This document shows positions 31,464 to 41,248 of a stretch of DNA of 64,000 nucleotides, in pieces. The DNA comes from Bacteroidales bacterium (GTDB lineage Bacteria; Bacteroidota; Bacteroidia; Bacteroidales; VadinHA17), in assembly GCA_035390825.1 (NCBI GenBank), contig DAOOUQ010000006.1, positions 24,207 to 88,206 of the forward strand, in the 5' to 3' direction. Numbering within the stretch: the first letter of the stretch is position 1; each line of letters begins with the position of its first letter. Under the pieces are notes generated by a model, which saw nothing but the letters and a program-made list of their open reading frames with translations, did not search any database and was not told where the DNA came from. The position numbers were made by a program, and so were the translations under genes.

Positions 31464-33698
31464 CTATTTCTTTTTGAATATTCGTCTGACTAAATTTCTT
31501 ATTCTGTTCTCGACCTCCCTCTCTCTTCCCGGATAGGTCTTTTCTTTATTTTCAAAAATATCAATTATTCTATCAAAAAGGTTTTTTTCTTTAAAATCAG
31601 GGCAATCCAGCATGCCTGACAGTTCTGGGGGAAGCGCCGGAAATTCAGCAAACAACTGTTCCCTGAGTACGGGATCCTGCTGTGCTTTTTTGAGGGTCAG
31701 GGCCACCAGGGGCAGTGCAAGGGCGGTCCCCGATCCAAGGGAACCGCTGTTAAAATGAATCGCCCGTGAGGAAGCTCCTGCGCGCGCGACCATGACAATT
31801 CCCGGGTTGAAAGCTGCAAACCAGGCATCAGAATAATCCTGTGATGTTCCTGTTTTTCCTGCAAGCGGGATATCAACCCCGTATACTGTTTTGACCGTGA
31901 TGCCTGTTCCTTCCCTCACAGCTTTCTGAAGCATGGCATTCATTAAAAGGCAGGATCTTTCCGTAATTATCCTCTTCCTTTCCCCTGCTGATGCTGCGGT
32001 ATAGATTTCCTCGCCGCTTCCGGTCTTTACAGATTTTATATAATAAGGTTCCACAGCGAATCCGCCGTTTGCAAACGCGGAATATGCTGCAGCGACCTCT
32101 TTAATGCTGGCCTCGGCAGTACCCATTGCAAGCGAAGGAGTGTTATCGAGAGGAAATGAAAACCCCAGCCTGTGCCACATCGAATCTACCTTTTCAAAGC
32201 CAAGCTTAAGGAACAGGCTGAATGTCGGAATATTCATCGAATGGGCAAGGGCTCCCGACAATGAATATTTTCCGCCGTAAGAATGGTCGTAGTTTTCAGG
32301 GCTCCAGTCATTGAATCCGGAAAGCCTGACAGAATCATTGTCAAGATACTGGCATGGCTCCATCCCGTCTTCCAGGGCAGCTGTATAGATAACAGGTTTG
32401 AAAACGGAAGCCATCTGTCTTCTGGCAAGTATCTGGTCATAAGGCTGGGTCTTAAAATCAATGCCGCCGACCCATGCCTTTACGGCTCCTGTTACCGGAT
32501 CCATAGCCAGCAACCCTGCATGAAGAAGCTTAAGAGAATTTAAAAGACTGTCAGCGACAGTAAGAGAATCAACATAAATTCCTTTCCAGCTGAATACTTC
32601 CTGAAAGATCCTCTCTTTTGACCTTTCTTTCAGTTTCAGCCTCTCCAGTTCGCGCTGAGTAAGCTGACTGAGGATCTTTTTCCCTGATGAATTATTATAT
32701 TGTGCATCCAGCAGCCCCTGCATTTTTGACAGATGCTCTTTGAATGCAGCAAGGGCAAATTGCTGAAGAGTGCCGTTCAGAGTCGTCGTAATGATCAGGC
32801 CGTCGCGACCCGGGTCCCAAAGCTTACCTGTGCTTTGCTCAATATCTGCAAGTATTCCTGACAATTCGTTCCGTACCTGAACCAGAAAATAGTCTGCAGA
32901 ACCTGATGCGCCTGTCCTGTTATAATGAATTACCAGAGGCAGCTTTATAAGTGAATCTACAGTTTCCTTCTTCAGAAAGCCGTATTTCCCCATCTGTTTC
33001 AGGACAACGTTTCGTCTTTCCCTTGAGTACTCAGGGTGCAGCCTGGGATTGTACAATGTATTGGCCTTCAGCATCCCGACAAGAACGGCTGATTCTTCTA
33101 TCGTGAGGGACGAGGCGCTTTTATCGAAAAACCTTCCGGAAGCTGCTTCTATACCATAAACATTTTCCCCGAATGATACTGTATTGAGATAAAGGTTAAG
33201 TATCTCATCCTTGCTGAATACCTTTTCAAGCCGGCGGGCCATAATTATCTCTGTCAGCTTGCTCCTGACGACCGGGAAAAGGCCGTTTTTTCTCCTTCCG
33301 AACATATTCTTCGCAAGCTGCTGGGTTATTGTACTTCCCCCGCCTGAGCTTTTCCGGTTCATCAGCACCGTCTTTACCAGGACCCTGAAGAAACTCCTGG
33401 CATCATAACCCTTGTGTTCATAGAACCTGACGTCTTCCGTGGCAATCAGTGCATTAACCAGATGTTTCGGAATTTTACCGAGCGGGATGTTTGTACGGTT
33501 CTCATAAAAATATTTTCCAAGGAGTATACCATCTTGTGAGTAAACTGTTGAGGCTTCCGCATTCCTGTATTCAAGCAGCTCCTTACTGTCCTTCAGATCT
33601 CCGGCGATTCCGCCGCATGCTATCATGACAAAAATTATCAGGGCTGCAAAAGCTGCAAAGAATAAAATCCGTGAACTCTTTTTCTTCTTTTTCTTCAT
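31464..33698 (-). CDS. mrcA: penicillin-binding protein 1A (bifunctional transglycosylase/transpeptidase)
   Basis: GT51 motifs ATEDVRFYEHKG and GGSTITQQLAKN. Transpeptidase motifs SVFKP (SxxK), HSMN (SxN) and KTGTS. The start is chosen at ATG 33698 (MKKKKKKSSRILFF, TM anchor); the track start at 33764 is also possible. Confidence 0.9.
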   Translation of the reverse strand: MKKKKKKSSRILFFAAFAALIIFVMIACGGIAGDLKDSKELLEYRNAEASTVYSQDGILLGKYFYENRTNIPLGKIPKHLVNALIATEDVRFYEHKGYDARSFFRVLVKTVLMNRKSSGGGSTITQQLAKNMFGRRKNGLFPVVRSKLTEIIMARRLEKVFSKDEILNLYLNTVSFGENVYGIEAASGRFFDKSASSLTIEESAVLVGMLKANTLYNPRLHPEYSRERRNVVLKQMGKYGFLKKETVDSLIKLPLVIHYNRTGASGSADYFLVQVRNELSGILADIEQSTGKLWDPGRDGLIITTTLNGTLQQFALAAFKEHLSKMQGLLDAQYNNSSGKKILSQLTQRELERLKLKERSKERIFQEVFSWKGIYVDSLTVADSLLNSLKLLHAGLLAMDPVTGAVKAWVGGIDFKTQPYDQILARRQMASVFKPVIYTAALEDGMEPCQYLDNDSVRLSGFNDWSPENYDHSYGGKYSLSGALAHSMNIPTFSLFLKLGFEKVDSMWHRLGFSFPLDNTPSLAMGTAEASIKEVAAAYSAFANGGFAVEPYYIKSVKTGSGEEIYTAASAGERKRIITERSCLLMNAMLQKAVREGTGITVKTVYGVDIPLAGKTGTSQDYSDAWFAAFNPGIVMVARAGASSRAIHFNSGSLGSGTALALPLVALTLKKAQQDPVLREQLFAEFPALPPELSGMLDCPDFKEKNLFDRIIDIFENKEKTYPGREREVENRIRNLVRRIFKKK

Positions 33699-33763
33699 TC
33701 TCAGCAAGAAATGTCTCTCAGAGAAACACACACATCTCCTCCACTGAAGGGATCGACATGGCA

Positions 33764-35803
33764 CTAAGAATTAACGGATAGTGTCAGGAACACCGATCGT
33801 CCATAGCCATTAATTCCTGAACCATGATACCGGTAATCAATATTAAACAGGTTTTGCAAACTCAGGTCAATCGTAAGAATGTTCCATGTTATACCTGAAT
33901 TTATGTTAACAATATGCCATCCCGGAGTTCCTCCCTCGGGTATACGGTTATCTTCCTTATCGCCCTGTGCCAGCCGCGATTGTTTCCCGGCAGCGAGCCA
34001 TTCGAGACATACGAACCATTTGTCCTTACGGTAATCAGCTGCCAGGCGTCCGAACAGCGGGGGGATACGTCGCACCGGCTCATTTCTTGTAATGTTCTGG
34101 CCATAAGTATATGTAAGAGATCCATAGAAAGTCAGCGCCTTAACGAGTTTATAGTCCCATGCCGTTTCAATTCCCTGGATAAAAGCATGTTCAGTGTTCT
34201 CCTTCATATAAAGCGGATATCCCTCAATTGTTTGATCGCCCAGGCGGTTCCTGGTAATCAGGTTATAAAGTTCATTTCTGTAAATAAAGAGATCACCCCT
34301 GAGCTTAGGACCAAGATATTTATATCCTGCCTGGTACTGTACGGAATTCTCGGGCTTCAGGTCATAATTTGGGGTTTCATACCTGAAATCTACAATTCCA
34401 AGAGTCCCCAGATCATCTATGTTTGGTGCCCTGAAGCCTGTATTGACCGAGACGAACAGGTTTGATTTCATATTGAGTTTTCGCATCACGGCAAGGTTCC
34501 CGACCAGAGCCGATGGAGTCAGTTTCACCTTTCCAAGTTCATTATCCTCAACATTGATCTTAAAGAAGTTGTACCTGGCACCGGCAGTAAGGTTCCACCG
34601 GGGAAGATCAATTGAATGAACCGTAAAGAAAGCAATGCTTGTCATTGTTGATCCATCGGGGTACAAGCCTCTCTTAACCGTTACGTTATCTGACAGAAGA
34701 TCAATATCCGAACGGAAGCTGTTTATATAGTCGTTGTAAATATCTATTCCCGCGTTCCCCGACCAGGTCTTTCTGCCTGAAAAGATGGCTTCTGCGGAAA
34801 ATCCCAGTGTGCGTACCTGATCCTTTTCCCTTCTGAGGATGTCTGAACCATTTTTACGGCTTTCCCTCCCCTCTTCAGTTTTTTGAAGTGATGCCGTCAA
34901 CACCGCCGATCTGATGAAACGGGAATCAATCTCCTGATTCAGCCTTAAATAGGCAAGTTTTCGCTTCTGGGGATCAGTAAGGTTTACTGCATAATTTTCG
35001 AGGATAACCTTATGATAAACAGGGACATCCTCCTGTCTGACGCTCTGACAAAGGGCTGTCAGTGTAGATTTTGGACCGAGGCGAAGACTTCCCTTGATGT
35101 CATAGTCAAACTCACCGTAACCCGACGGGGTTTGCCTGCCTGTTGTATCACCGCCCGTAACGTCGCCAAAATCCCTCAATGTTATCCCTGATCTTAAAGC
35201 AGCGTTATGTCCGGAATATTTCACGTATGAATTAAGGCTTTTTTCCATGTTCCCTGAGGCAATCCTCCCAAGAATGCCACCTCCCCATTCGTTGTCTTCA
35301 GCAGGCGACAGTTCATGGCTGAAGGCATTAATTGTACCGCCCAGGGCATCCGAACCATATTGTACCGATCCGCTTCCCCTCAGGACTTCCATTCTGTCGA
35401 GGCTGAAAACGTCAATCGTGTTAAAATACTGGTTTGGTCCGTAACGCATAATGGAATTGCTAAGCCTTATGCCATCGATAAGAAGTAATGTCTGGTTACC
35501 TGTAAGCCCGCGGATAAAGGGAGATCCCCCTCCATGATTTGTCTTCTGCACAAAAACACCGGGCGTGATCGTTAATGCTTCAGGCGCGGTCCTGATCTGA
35601 AAATCAGAAACAGGTTTTACATTAAGTACCCTGATTGCCTCGGGAGTATTGATTGCGAGGGAGTTGTACCTGTTGGCCGTAACCACAACCTCGGGAAAAG
35701 AACCTGATAAAAGGGTATCCTGATCAGCCGTGGTCTCCTGAAAAGCTGCAAATGCCATACATTGAGCCATTAGTAACATTGCAGCCAGAAAATATCTCTT
35801 CAT
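33764..35803 (-). CDS. TonB-dependent receptor
   Basis: The track start is a TTG; ATG 35803 gives the signal peptide MKRYFLAAMLLMAQCMAFA. Plug motifs: VVVTANR, GGSPFIRGLTGNQTLLLIDGIRLSN. The length fits a 22-strand barrel. Confidence 0.85.
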   Translation of the reverse strand: MKRYFLAAMLLMAQCMAFAAFQETTADQDTLLSGSFPEVVVTANRYNSLAINTPEAIRVLNVKPVSDFQIRTAPEALTITPGVFVQKTNHGGGSPFIRGLTGNQTLLLIDGIRLSNSIMRYGPNQYFNTIDVFSLDRMEVLRGSGSVQYGSDALGGTINAFSHELSPAEDNEWGGGILGRIASGNMEKSLNSYVKYSGHNAALRSGITLRDFGDVTGGDTTGRQTPSGYGEFDYDIKGSLRLGPKSTLTALCQSVRQEDVPVYHKVILENYAVNLTDPQKRKLAYLRLNQEIDSRFIRSAVLTASLQKTEEGRESRKNGSDILRREKDQVRTLGFSAEAIFSGRKTWSGNAGIDIYNDYINSFRSDIDLLSDNVTVKRGLYPDGSTMTSIAFFTVHSIDLPRWNLTAGARYNFFKINVEDNELGKVKLTPSALVGNLAVMRKLNMKSNLFVSVNTGFRAPNIDDLGTLGIVDFRYETPNYDLKPENSVQYQAGYKYLGPKLRGDLFIYRNELYNLITRNRLGDQTIEGYPLYMKENTEHAFIQGIETAWDYKLVKALTFYGSLTYTYGQNITRNEPVRRIPPLFGRLAADYRKDKWFVCLEWLAAGKQSRLAQGDKEDNRIPEGGTPGWHIVNINSGITWNILTIDLSLQNLFNIDYRYHGSGINGYGRSVFLTLSVNS

Positions 35804-36005
35804 TGATAGTCCATTTTGGCTCAAATAAAGCCATTTTTTCTGAATTTTATTTAATCCCGGTCAGGTCATCATCAATTAAAAATTTTCAACTTTAATTTCT
35901 AAATGCTATATTTGGATAAAAGGGATCAAGAAAAAATTTTGACCAGACGTCCTGTTTTTAAAATATCCGTTCATCTTCTTAAATATTAACCTAAACAAGA
36001 CTGAG

Positions 36006-36587
36006 ATGGCAAATTTCATTGATGAATTTATGAAGACCTATGGCCCTGAGGTTACCAGAAACATGTCGGCGACCTACGGCCTCGACCAGGGGACGGTCAG
36101 GAAGCTGATCCCTCAGCTTGCTCCGCTCATCCTTGGAGGGCTAAAACGTCAGAAGGATGAAATGGGGGGTGACGCGCGTGTCGACCACATCCTTAACAAA
36201 TACGGGGACCAGTCGGTGCTTGAAAACATTAAGGATCTGGTTTTGTCAAAGGCCAATGATCCTTCAGCAGATGCCAACCTTGGCGGATTGCTGGGAGCTT
36301 CCGGCGGCGTTCAGGCAGCACAGGCTCTTGGCAAATCACTTAACATTGATGCATCCAAGATCATGAAAATGATCCCAGCCCTTGCTCCCCTGATACTTGG
36401 TGCATTGTCAAAAAAACGTGAGACCAGCGGAGGCATCGGCGGAATAGGTTCCCTCCTTGATGCTGATGGTGACGGAAGTATAATAGATGATGTGGCTGGT
36501 TTTATCCTGAAAGGCGGCGCCGGGCAGGCTTCAAAAGGCAAAGGTGTCATAGGCTCCATTCTTGGCGGCTTGTTCCGAAAACAATGA
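36006..36587 (+). CDS. DUF937 domain protein
   Basis: Internally duplicated motif LAPLILGGLKRQ / LAPLILGALSKKR and a Gly-rich C-terminus, consistent with my recollection of DUF937. Confidence 0.55.
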   Translation: MANFIDEFMKTYGPEVTRNMSATYGLDQGTVRKLIPQLAPLILGGLKRQKDEMGGDARVDHILNKYGDQSVLENIKDLVLSKANDPSADANLGGLLGASGGVQAAQALGKSLNIDASKIMKMIPALAPLILGALSKKRETSGGIGGIGSLLDADGDGSIIDDVAGFILKGGAGQASKGKGVIGSILGGLFRKQ

Positions 36588-36610
36588 CTTTAAAATCAAA
36601 ATCATTAGAG

Positions 36611-36650
36611 AAGGTGTCTTAAAAGCCCGGTTTTTAAAACACCTTTTTTT
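36611..36650 (+). terminator. Rho-independent terminator of the DUF937 gene
   Basis: AAGGTGT (36611-36617) pairs with ACACCTT (36639-36645), with inner TTAAAA/TTTTAA pairing, followed by a T-run (TTTTTATTTT). Confidence 0.8.
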
Positions 36651-36737
36651 ATTTTAAGTTTTTAAGGAAGAGACCTTTTATTTTTGAAGTGTGAACTAAT
36701 GCCATAAAGGATAAGGGCATTTCATCACTGAACAGTT

Positions 36738-36778
36738 TGTTTAAATAATTGTTAAATATGTTAAAGAAGTTTAAATCA
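36738..36778. promoter_or_regulatory. array of four TGTT(T)AAA-like motifs upstream of the adaptor gene
   Basis: TGTTTAAA (36738), TGTTAAA (36750), TGTTAAA (36759) and GTTTAAA (36769) are spaced 9-12 bp apart, about 70-110 bp upstream of the ATG at 36849. Confidence 0.25.
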
Positions 36779-36848
36779 AAGGGATGACTGGATAATAATT
36801 CATATTTTCGTCCTGAATTTAGTGAACAGACAGAATAAATAAATCATA

Positions 36849-38135
36849 ATGAAGCGAACCATTATTATAACCTTCGCGGTCATAATTGTTGCGCTTGCAG
36901 GGTTGTTTGCCTTCAATAAGATCGCCTCGCAAAAGGATAACAATTCTCTTTTTGCTGAAGCTGTAAAAGGAAATTTTGAAATATCGATATCAGCCTCCGG
37001 TGAAATTGTTCCTGAAAACTCCATCGACATAAAGGCTCCGGAAGTAAGCAGGGGAAGAGACTTCCGTGCTTCCGATCTTAAGATAACAGATATGGTCCCT
37101 GAAGGTACGATGGTTAAGGAAGGCGACTACATAGCAACCCTCGACAGGACACAATATAACAACATGCTAAAAGATGAACTCGAGAGATTATCCACTTACA
37201 GGAATAACCTTGAAATGAAGAAACTTGATACAGCGGTCACTCTCAACAATCTCAGGGATGCCATCAGAAACCAGAGACACAATGTCGAAGAAGCCGAGAT
37301 CACGCTGAGAAATTCAAAATATGAGCCGCCAACCACCATCAGGCAGGCTGAAATCAATGTTGATAAGCAAAAAAGGTTACTTGAACAAAAGCAAAGGGGC
37401 TATGAGCTAAGGGTTGCTCAGGCCAAAAGAGATATACGGAACCAGATTACATGGACCAACAGGATTGAAAGAAGGGTTGAAAGCCTCCAGGAAGTACTCT
37501 CAGGTTTTACGGTGACTGCCCCGGCATCAGGAATGGTTGTCTATAAACGGGACAGACGCGGAAACAAGATAAAAACAGGTTCATCTGTAAACGCTTTTGA
37601 CAGGACAGTTGCAACCTTACCCGATCTTTCAACACTACTTTCAAAGATTTATGTCAGCGAAATAGATATCAGAAGAATAAAACCCGGCCTCGATGTTGAT
37701 ATCCGGGTTGATGCATTTCCCGACAAGGTATTCAAAGGGAAAATACATACGGTGGCGAACATTGGAGAGAAACTCGAAAACTCTGATTCAAAGGTCTTTG
37801 AAGTAATGGTTAGGATTGATGGCACAGATGCGGCACTTAGGCCGGCAATGACGACAAGCAACAAGGTTATAATAAGCACTTTCAATGATGTTATTTATAT
37901 CCCGACCGAGTGCGTGCATGCGGGTCCGGATAAGATTCCCTATGTTTATACAAAGAACAGGACCAAACAAATAGTAGTCACCGGTGAAGCCAACGACAAG
38001 AACATCATCATTGAGAAAGGTCTTAAACCAAAGCAGCTCGTTTATACCATCCAGCCTGAAAATGTTGAAGAATTCCGGACTGAAGGCGAAGAACTTATAG
38101 GTTCAGTGATGGCCAACGCCAGCGCATTGCAATAA
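36849..38135 (+). CDS. HlyD/membrane-fusion-protein family periplasmic adaptor subunit
   Basis: N-terminal TM anchor, long coiled-coil region (about aa 100-210), and lipoyl/beta-barrel-like flanks (ASGMVVYKRD, VDIRVDAFPDKVFKGKI). Confidence 0.8.
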   Translation: MKRTIIITFAVIIVALAGLFAFNKIASQKDNNSLFAEAVKGNFEISISASGEIVPENSIDIKAPEVSRGRDFRASDLKITDMVPEGTMVKEGDYIATLDRTQYNNMLKDELERLSTYRNNLEMKKLDTAVTLNNLRDAIRNQRHNVEEAEITLRNSKYEPPTTIRQAEINVDKQKRLLEQKQRGYELRVAQAKRDIRNQITWTNRIERRVESLQEVLSGFTVTAPASGMVVYKRDRRGNKIKTGSSVNAFDRTVATLPDLSTLLSKIYVSEIDIRRIKPGLDVDIRVDAFPDKVFKGKIHTVANIGEKLENSDSKVFEVMVRIDGTDAALRPAMTTSNKVIISTFNDVIYIPTECVHAGPDKIPYVYTKNRTKQIVVTGEANDKNIIIEKGLKPKQLVYTIQPENVEEFRTEGEELIGSVMANASALQ

Positions 38136-38147
38136 TCCATCCTGCCT

Positions 38148-40301
38148 CTAATAATGAATTGGCGGAATCTTTGTGATCTCGGCCTTATAAGGTTCTTCAC
38201 TACCGCTCCCTACTTTGTATATCCTCCCGTTTGTGATCCTCATCCCTTCCGATAGTTCACTGTAAGGGATATTCTGGATGGTTACAAGGCCAATGTTGTA
38301 ATTTTCACCGTCAAATCTTCCATAATAAGGCTGATCGACAAGCTGGAAATAATGTATTCCGACCAGTTCCGGACGGGCGAATCCCTGTTCAACATAACTC
38401 CTGTATGCTTCTGCCCTCTGCTTCTGGCTGATTACTCCGGTTATCCCCGTTGCCGGAAGGGCCCTGTCGACGGCGCCATGATGAAATTCACCGATCATTA
38501 CAGGTTTGCTGCTTCCGGCTGATATCTCGTCTGTCGGCGGGGGATCATACCCGTAACCGTTTATTGAAAAAACATCAAACCTCTCTCCTGCCTTATAAAG
38601 CAGATCAGAACTTATCCAGGCATATCTCATTCCCAGGTTAAGATGATTGTTGTCAATTCTTTCGATTTCATCACAGGGAACATCGACATATTTCTTTACC
38701 ATTATCCCGGAAAATGCATAGAAATCGCTGTCGGCCCTGACTGACGGATAGTCATTGAAAATCATTTTACCCAGGTCGGCAATACTCCCGAGTGAAAGGT
38801 TCCATGCCTTGTTAAACAGAATCACATTGTTGTCGTATCTTTCACTTATCCATTTCACGAATTCATCCTTTGTGGCCGATGCCATATCCGTAGCAAACAT
38901 TTCATAGGCAAGATTATGGTAACCGAATGCCCATTGAGGCTCATTGCGTAGAAAATACCCTACCATATAAGGATCGTCCCTGTAATCTTTAAGCTGGCTT
39001 GCAAATTCAACCGAATTTTTTATGTATTCATCTGAAAAAACGTCAGGAAAATCCCTGTAGATTTTAACCCTGGTCCCAGGGAAGCCGTTTAGCGGAAGGA
39101 CATATGGAAGATTGTTCTCTTTTGCGAAACCGATTTCCGACCAGTTTCCGACAGTATTGATATTCAGGCTTCTCATCATTCCGGCAGTCATTCTGCTCCA
39201 ATGTTTTTTCCAGTCCTTTCCGAATGCCCTGATGAGGTTGGCTTTGTAGAAGTCGACATTTTTCATCCCCCTGTTTTCAGTAACTGTCACGCCGAAAAGT
39301 GAATCTCCTGCTGCAGGCAGCCATTCGAACAGATCTTCAATACCTGTAACCGGGCCTGAAGAAGTTGCCCTTATACAGTCCATCCCCACGCTCAGAAAGG
39401 CATATCCTTCAGGGTCAACAAGCCACCACCTTTTCCCGTCATGTTCAGTTCTGAAAAAGCCGGTAGCCCTGAACCGTTTCTCCTTCCATCCTCCGTATTT
39501 ACTGAAAGCTTTGTCAAAACCTGAGCCGGACACTGATTTTTCAAGCTCCTGGTTAAGAGAGGCCAGCTCTTTTTCATTTGTGATCTTTCCGGGCCATACC
39601 TTTCCTTTCCGCTGCCCAAAGATATCAATAACAGGTTCTGCCAACGGTGCATAGGGTTCAGGAATGGAGTCAGCAAGCTGCATTGAAGCTATCTCAAAGA
39701 CAGGAGTAAAATATGGTTTGCTGTAGGGACCAAATCTCAGATCGACTTTCACTATGTCGGACGGGTCGAGACGGTTGCCTGAAATTGTTCCTTTAAGCTG
39801 CCTGGGCGACCTTGGAAGGAATATTTCCTGAACATCAAGGTATTTCAGCGGGAAAACAACTTTTGTAGGCAACGCCGGATTTATTCCGAGCAGACAGGTG
39901 AGCCATGGAGATTCTTCACCGCTTTTGTTGGGTTCGCCACTCAGAACTACCACTTTTTCCCGACTTTGGGCGTTCTTTTTGAAAAGTTCAAGTGTGATCA
40001 CCCCGCTGTAGTCGTTATCACCATATATTTCGAAAACAAAATATCCTGCATCAGCCCAATTGCCTTTGTCCCCTTTCTCCCACACCGTCACCGACGACTT
40101 GTCGCCATCAGGTATAACCTGAAGAACTGAGCCGTCAAATCCCCTTCCCTCTGTTATCCTTGTTATCTCCCGATTTCGCCGCGAGATCTCATCCAGGTCA
40201 AACTGAACAATATTCTGTTGCTGACTTCTTATGCATGAGAGAGGAAAGGCCGCGGTCAGAAAAAACAGGACAATTCCGGACAAAAACTGAGGCTTTTTCA
40301 T
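38148..40301 (-). CDS. putative glycoside hydrolase (clan GH-A-like TIM barrel with an N-terminal beta-sandwich)
   Basis: Signal peptide present. Candidate acid/base FLRNEPQW and nucleophile MIGEFHHG motifs. The exact GH family was not recognised. Confidence 0.5.
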   Translation of the reverse strand: MKKPQFLSGIVLFFLTAAFPLSCIRSQQQNIVQFDLDEISRRNREITRITEGRGFDGSVLQVIPDGDKSSVTVWEKGDKGNWADAGYFVFEIYGDNDYSGVITLELFKKNAQSREKVVVLSGEPNKSGEESPWLTCLLGINPALPTKVVFPLKYLDVQEIFLPRSPRQLKGTISGNRLDPSDIVKVDLRFGPYSKPYFTPVFEIASMQLADSIPEPYAPLAEPVIDIFGQRKGKVWPGKITNEKELASLNQELEKSVSGSGFDKAFSKYGGWKEKRFRATGFFRTEHDGKRWWLVDPEGYAFLSVGMDCIRATSSGPVTGIEDLFEWLPAAGDSLFGVTVTENRGMKNVDFYKANLIRAFGKDWKKHWSRMTAGMMRSLNINTVGNWSEIGFAKENNLPYVLPLNGFPGTRVKIYRDFPDVFSDEYIKNSVEFASQLKDYRDDPYMVGYFLRNEPQWAFGYHNLAYEMFATDMASATKDEFVKWISERYDNNVILFNKAWNLSLGSIADLGKMIFNDYPSVRADSDFYAFSGIMVKKYVDVPCDEIERIDNNHLNLGMRYAWISSDLLYKAGERFDVFSINGYGYDPPPTDEISAGSSKPVMIGEFHHGAVDRALPATGITGVISQKQRAEAYRSYVEQGFARPELVGIHYFQLVDQPYYGRFDGENYNIGLVTIQNIPYSELSEGMRITNGRIYKVGSGSEEPYKAEITKIPPIHY

Positions 40302-40546
40302 TTTTCAGGTATTTTAGAACCAGGATACCGTGGCAATATCATAAGCAGCTAATATACAAAAAAAGAGGCGTATCAAAACTACATATCCTGAAACCTCGAA
40401 GCATGCACAGCCGCCGCAAAGCATTATAAGCATTAAATCCCAGCATACATTACTTTGCGTTTTCAGCGGGAATGCCCAGATGACTTTAAGGTTAAGGGAT
40501 TTATAATTATGATACAGCCTCTTTAAAAAAGGGTATAAATATTCAG

Positions 40547-41068
40547 TTACTGTTTGTCGTAAACAGAAGTTATTTTACGTTCGCCATTGGGAGTATTCAT
40601 TGTACGGACAATTGAAAGCACTTTCGGGCTGGTAAGGCTCCATACTTCGGTTGTCTTCATTTCCATTGACTGACCATCACGTTCAAAAGTCCTGGTTGTG
40701 ACAATTGTAAGTGATTTACCGTCGGCCGACCAGGTCGCTGTTGATTTGCTTTCGCCTCTGCCAGTTGAATTTACGCTAACCTTGCCGTCGAGTGTATACT
40801 TGCTGGTAGTGGTCATAGTCTGACCGTCGGGTGTGTTACGGGTGCTTTCAACCGTAAGGCTGTTTGCATCCTGTGTGGCAGTAAAATTACCGCCGCCCAT
40901 CCTGAAGCCTCCCTGAGGCTGGTCGCCCAGGTTGCTTTTGCTTTCATTGAAAATCCATTTCCCTGAGAAATTGGGCCTGGAACCCTGTGCGCTGAGTGTA
41001 AGGGGCATACACAGAAAAGCCGCGATAACCGCAAGGGAGACAACCTGCATTGTAATACTTTTTTTCAT
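40547..41068 (-). CDS. hypothetical small secreted beta-rich protein; paralogue of 27948-28430
   Basis: The first ATG is at 41068 (the track start is a TTG). Signal peptide present. Motifs PNFSGKWIFNESKSNL and TLDGK are shared with the paralogue. Confidence 0.55.
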   Translation of the reverse strand: MKKSITMQVVSLAVIAAFLCMPLTLSAQGSRPNFSGKWIFNESKSNLGDQPQGGFRMGGGNFTATQDANSLTVESTRNTPDGQTMTTTSKYTLDGKVSVNSTGRGESKSTATWSADGKSLTIVTTRTFERDGQSMEMKTTEVWSLTSPKVLSIVRTMNTPNGERKITSVYDKQ

Positions 41069-41248
41069 GTTCAATAAAATTTTATTGGTTTATCACAATA
41101 GACACTCAATGATGTCCAAATATTCCGGACCGGAAATTGTATTTAAGGTGTTTTTATTTATAATTTTATTCTATCCTTATTGTTAAAGTTATAACAATAA
41201 GAATGGTGGATGCCCAATCATTTCGCAAACATTTAAAAATTACTCAAA

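Noticed and set aside
33675-33698. An AAG/AAA-rich tract encoding MKKKKKKSS at the PBP1A N-terminus, which could be a slipped-strand phase-variation site.
   Set aside because: It is not a pure homopolymer or perfect short tandem repeat (mixed AAG/AAA with interruptions). Poly-Lys before a TM anchor is a common topology signal.
40358-40530. An inverted repeat, AAAAAAAGAGGCGTATC / GATACAGCCTCTTTAAAAAA, flanking about 136 bp, which could be a MITE or long hairpin.
   Set aside because: The core is only about 10 nt with an indel, and the rest is a low-complexity A/T run. A match like this is expected by chance within a 250-bp region, and there are no target-site duplications.
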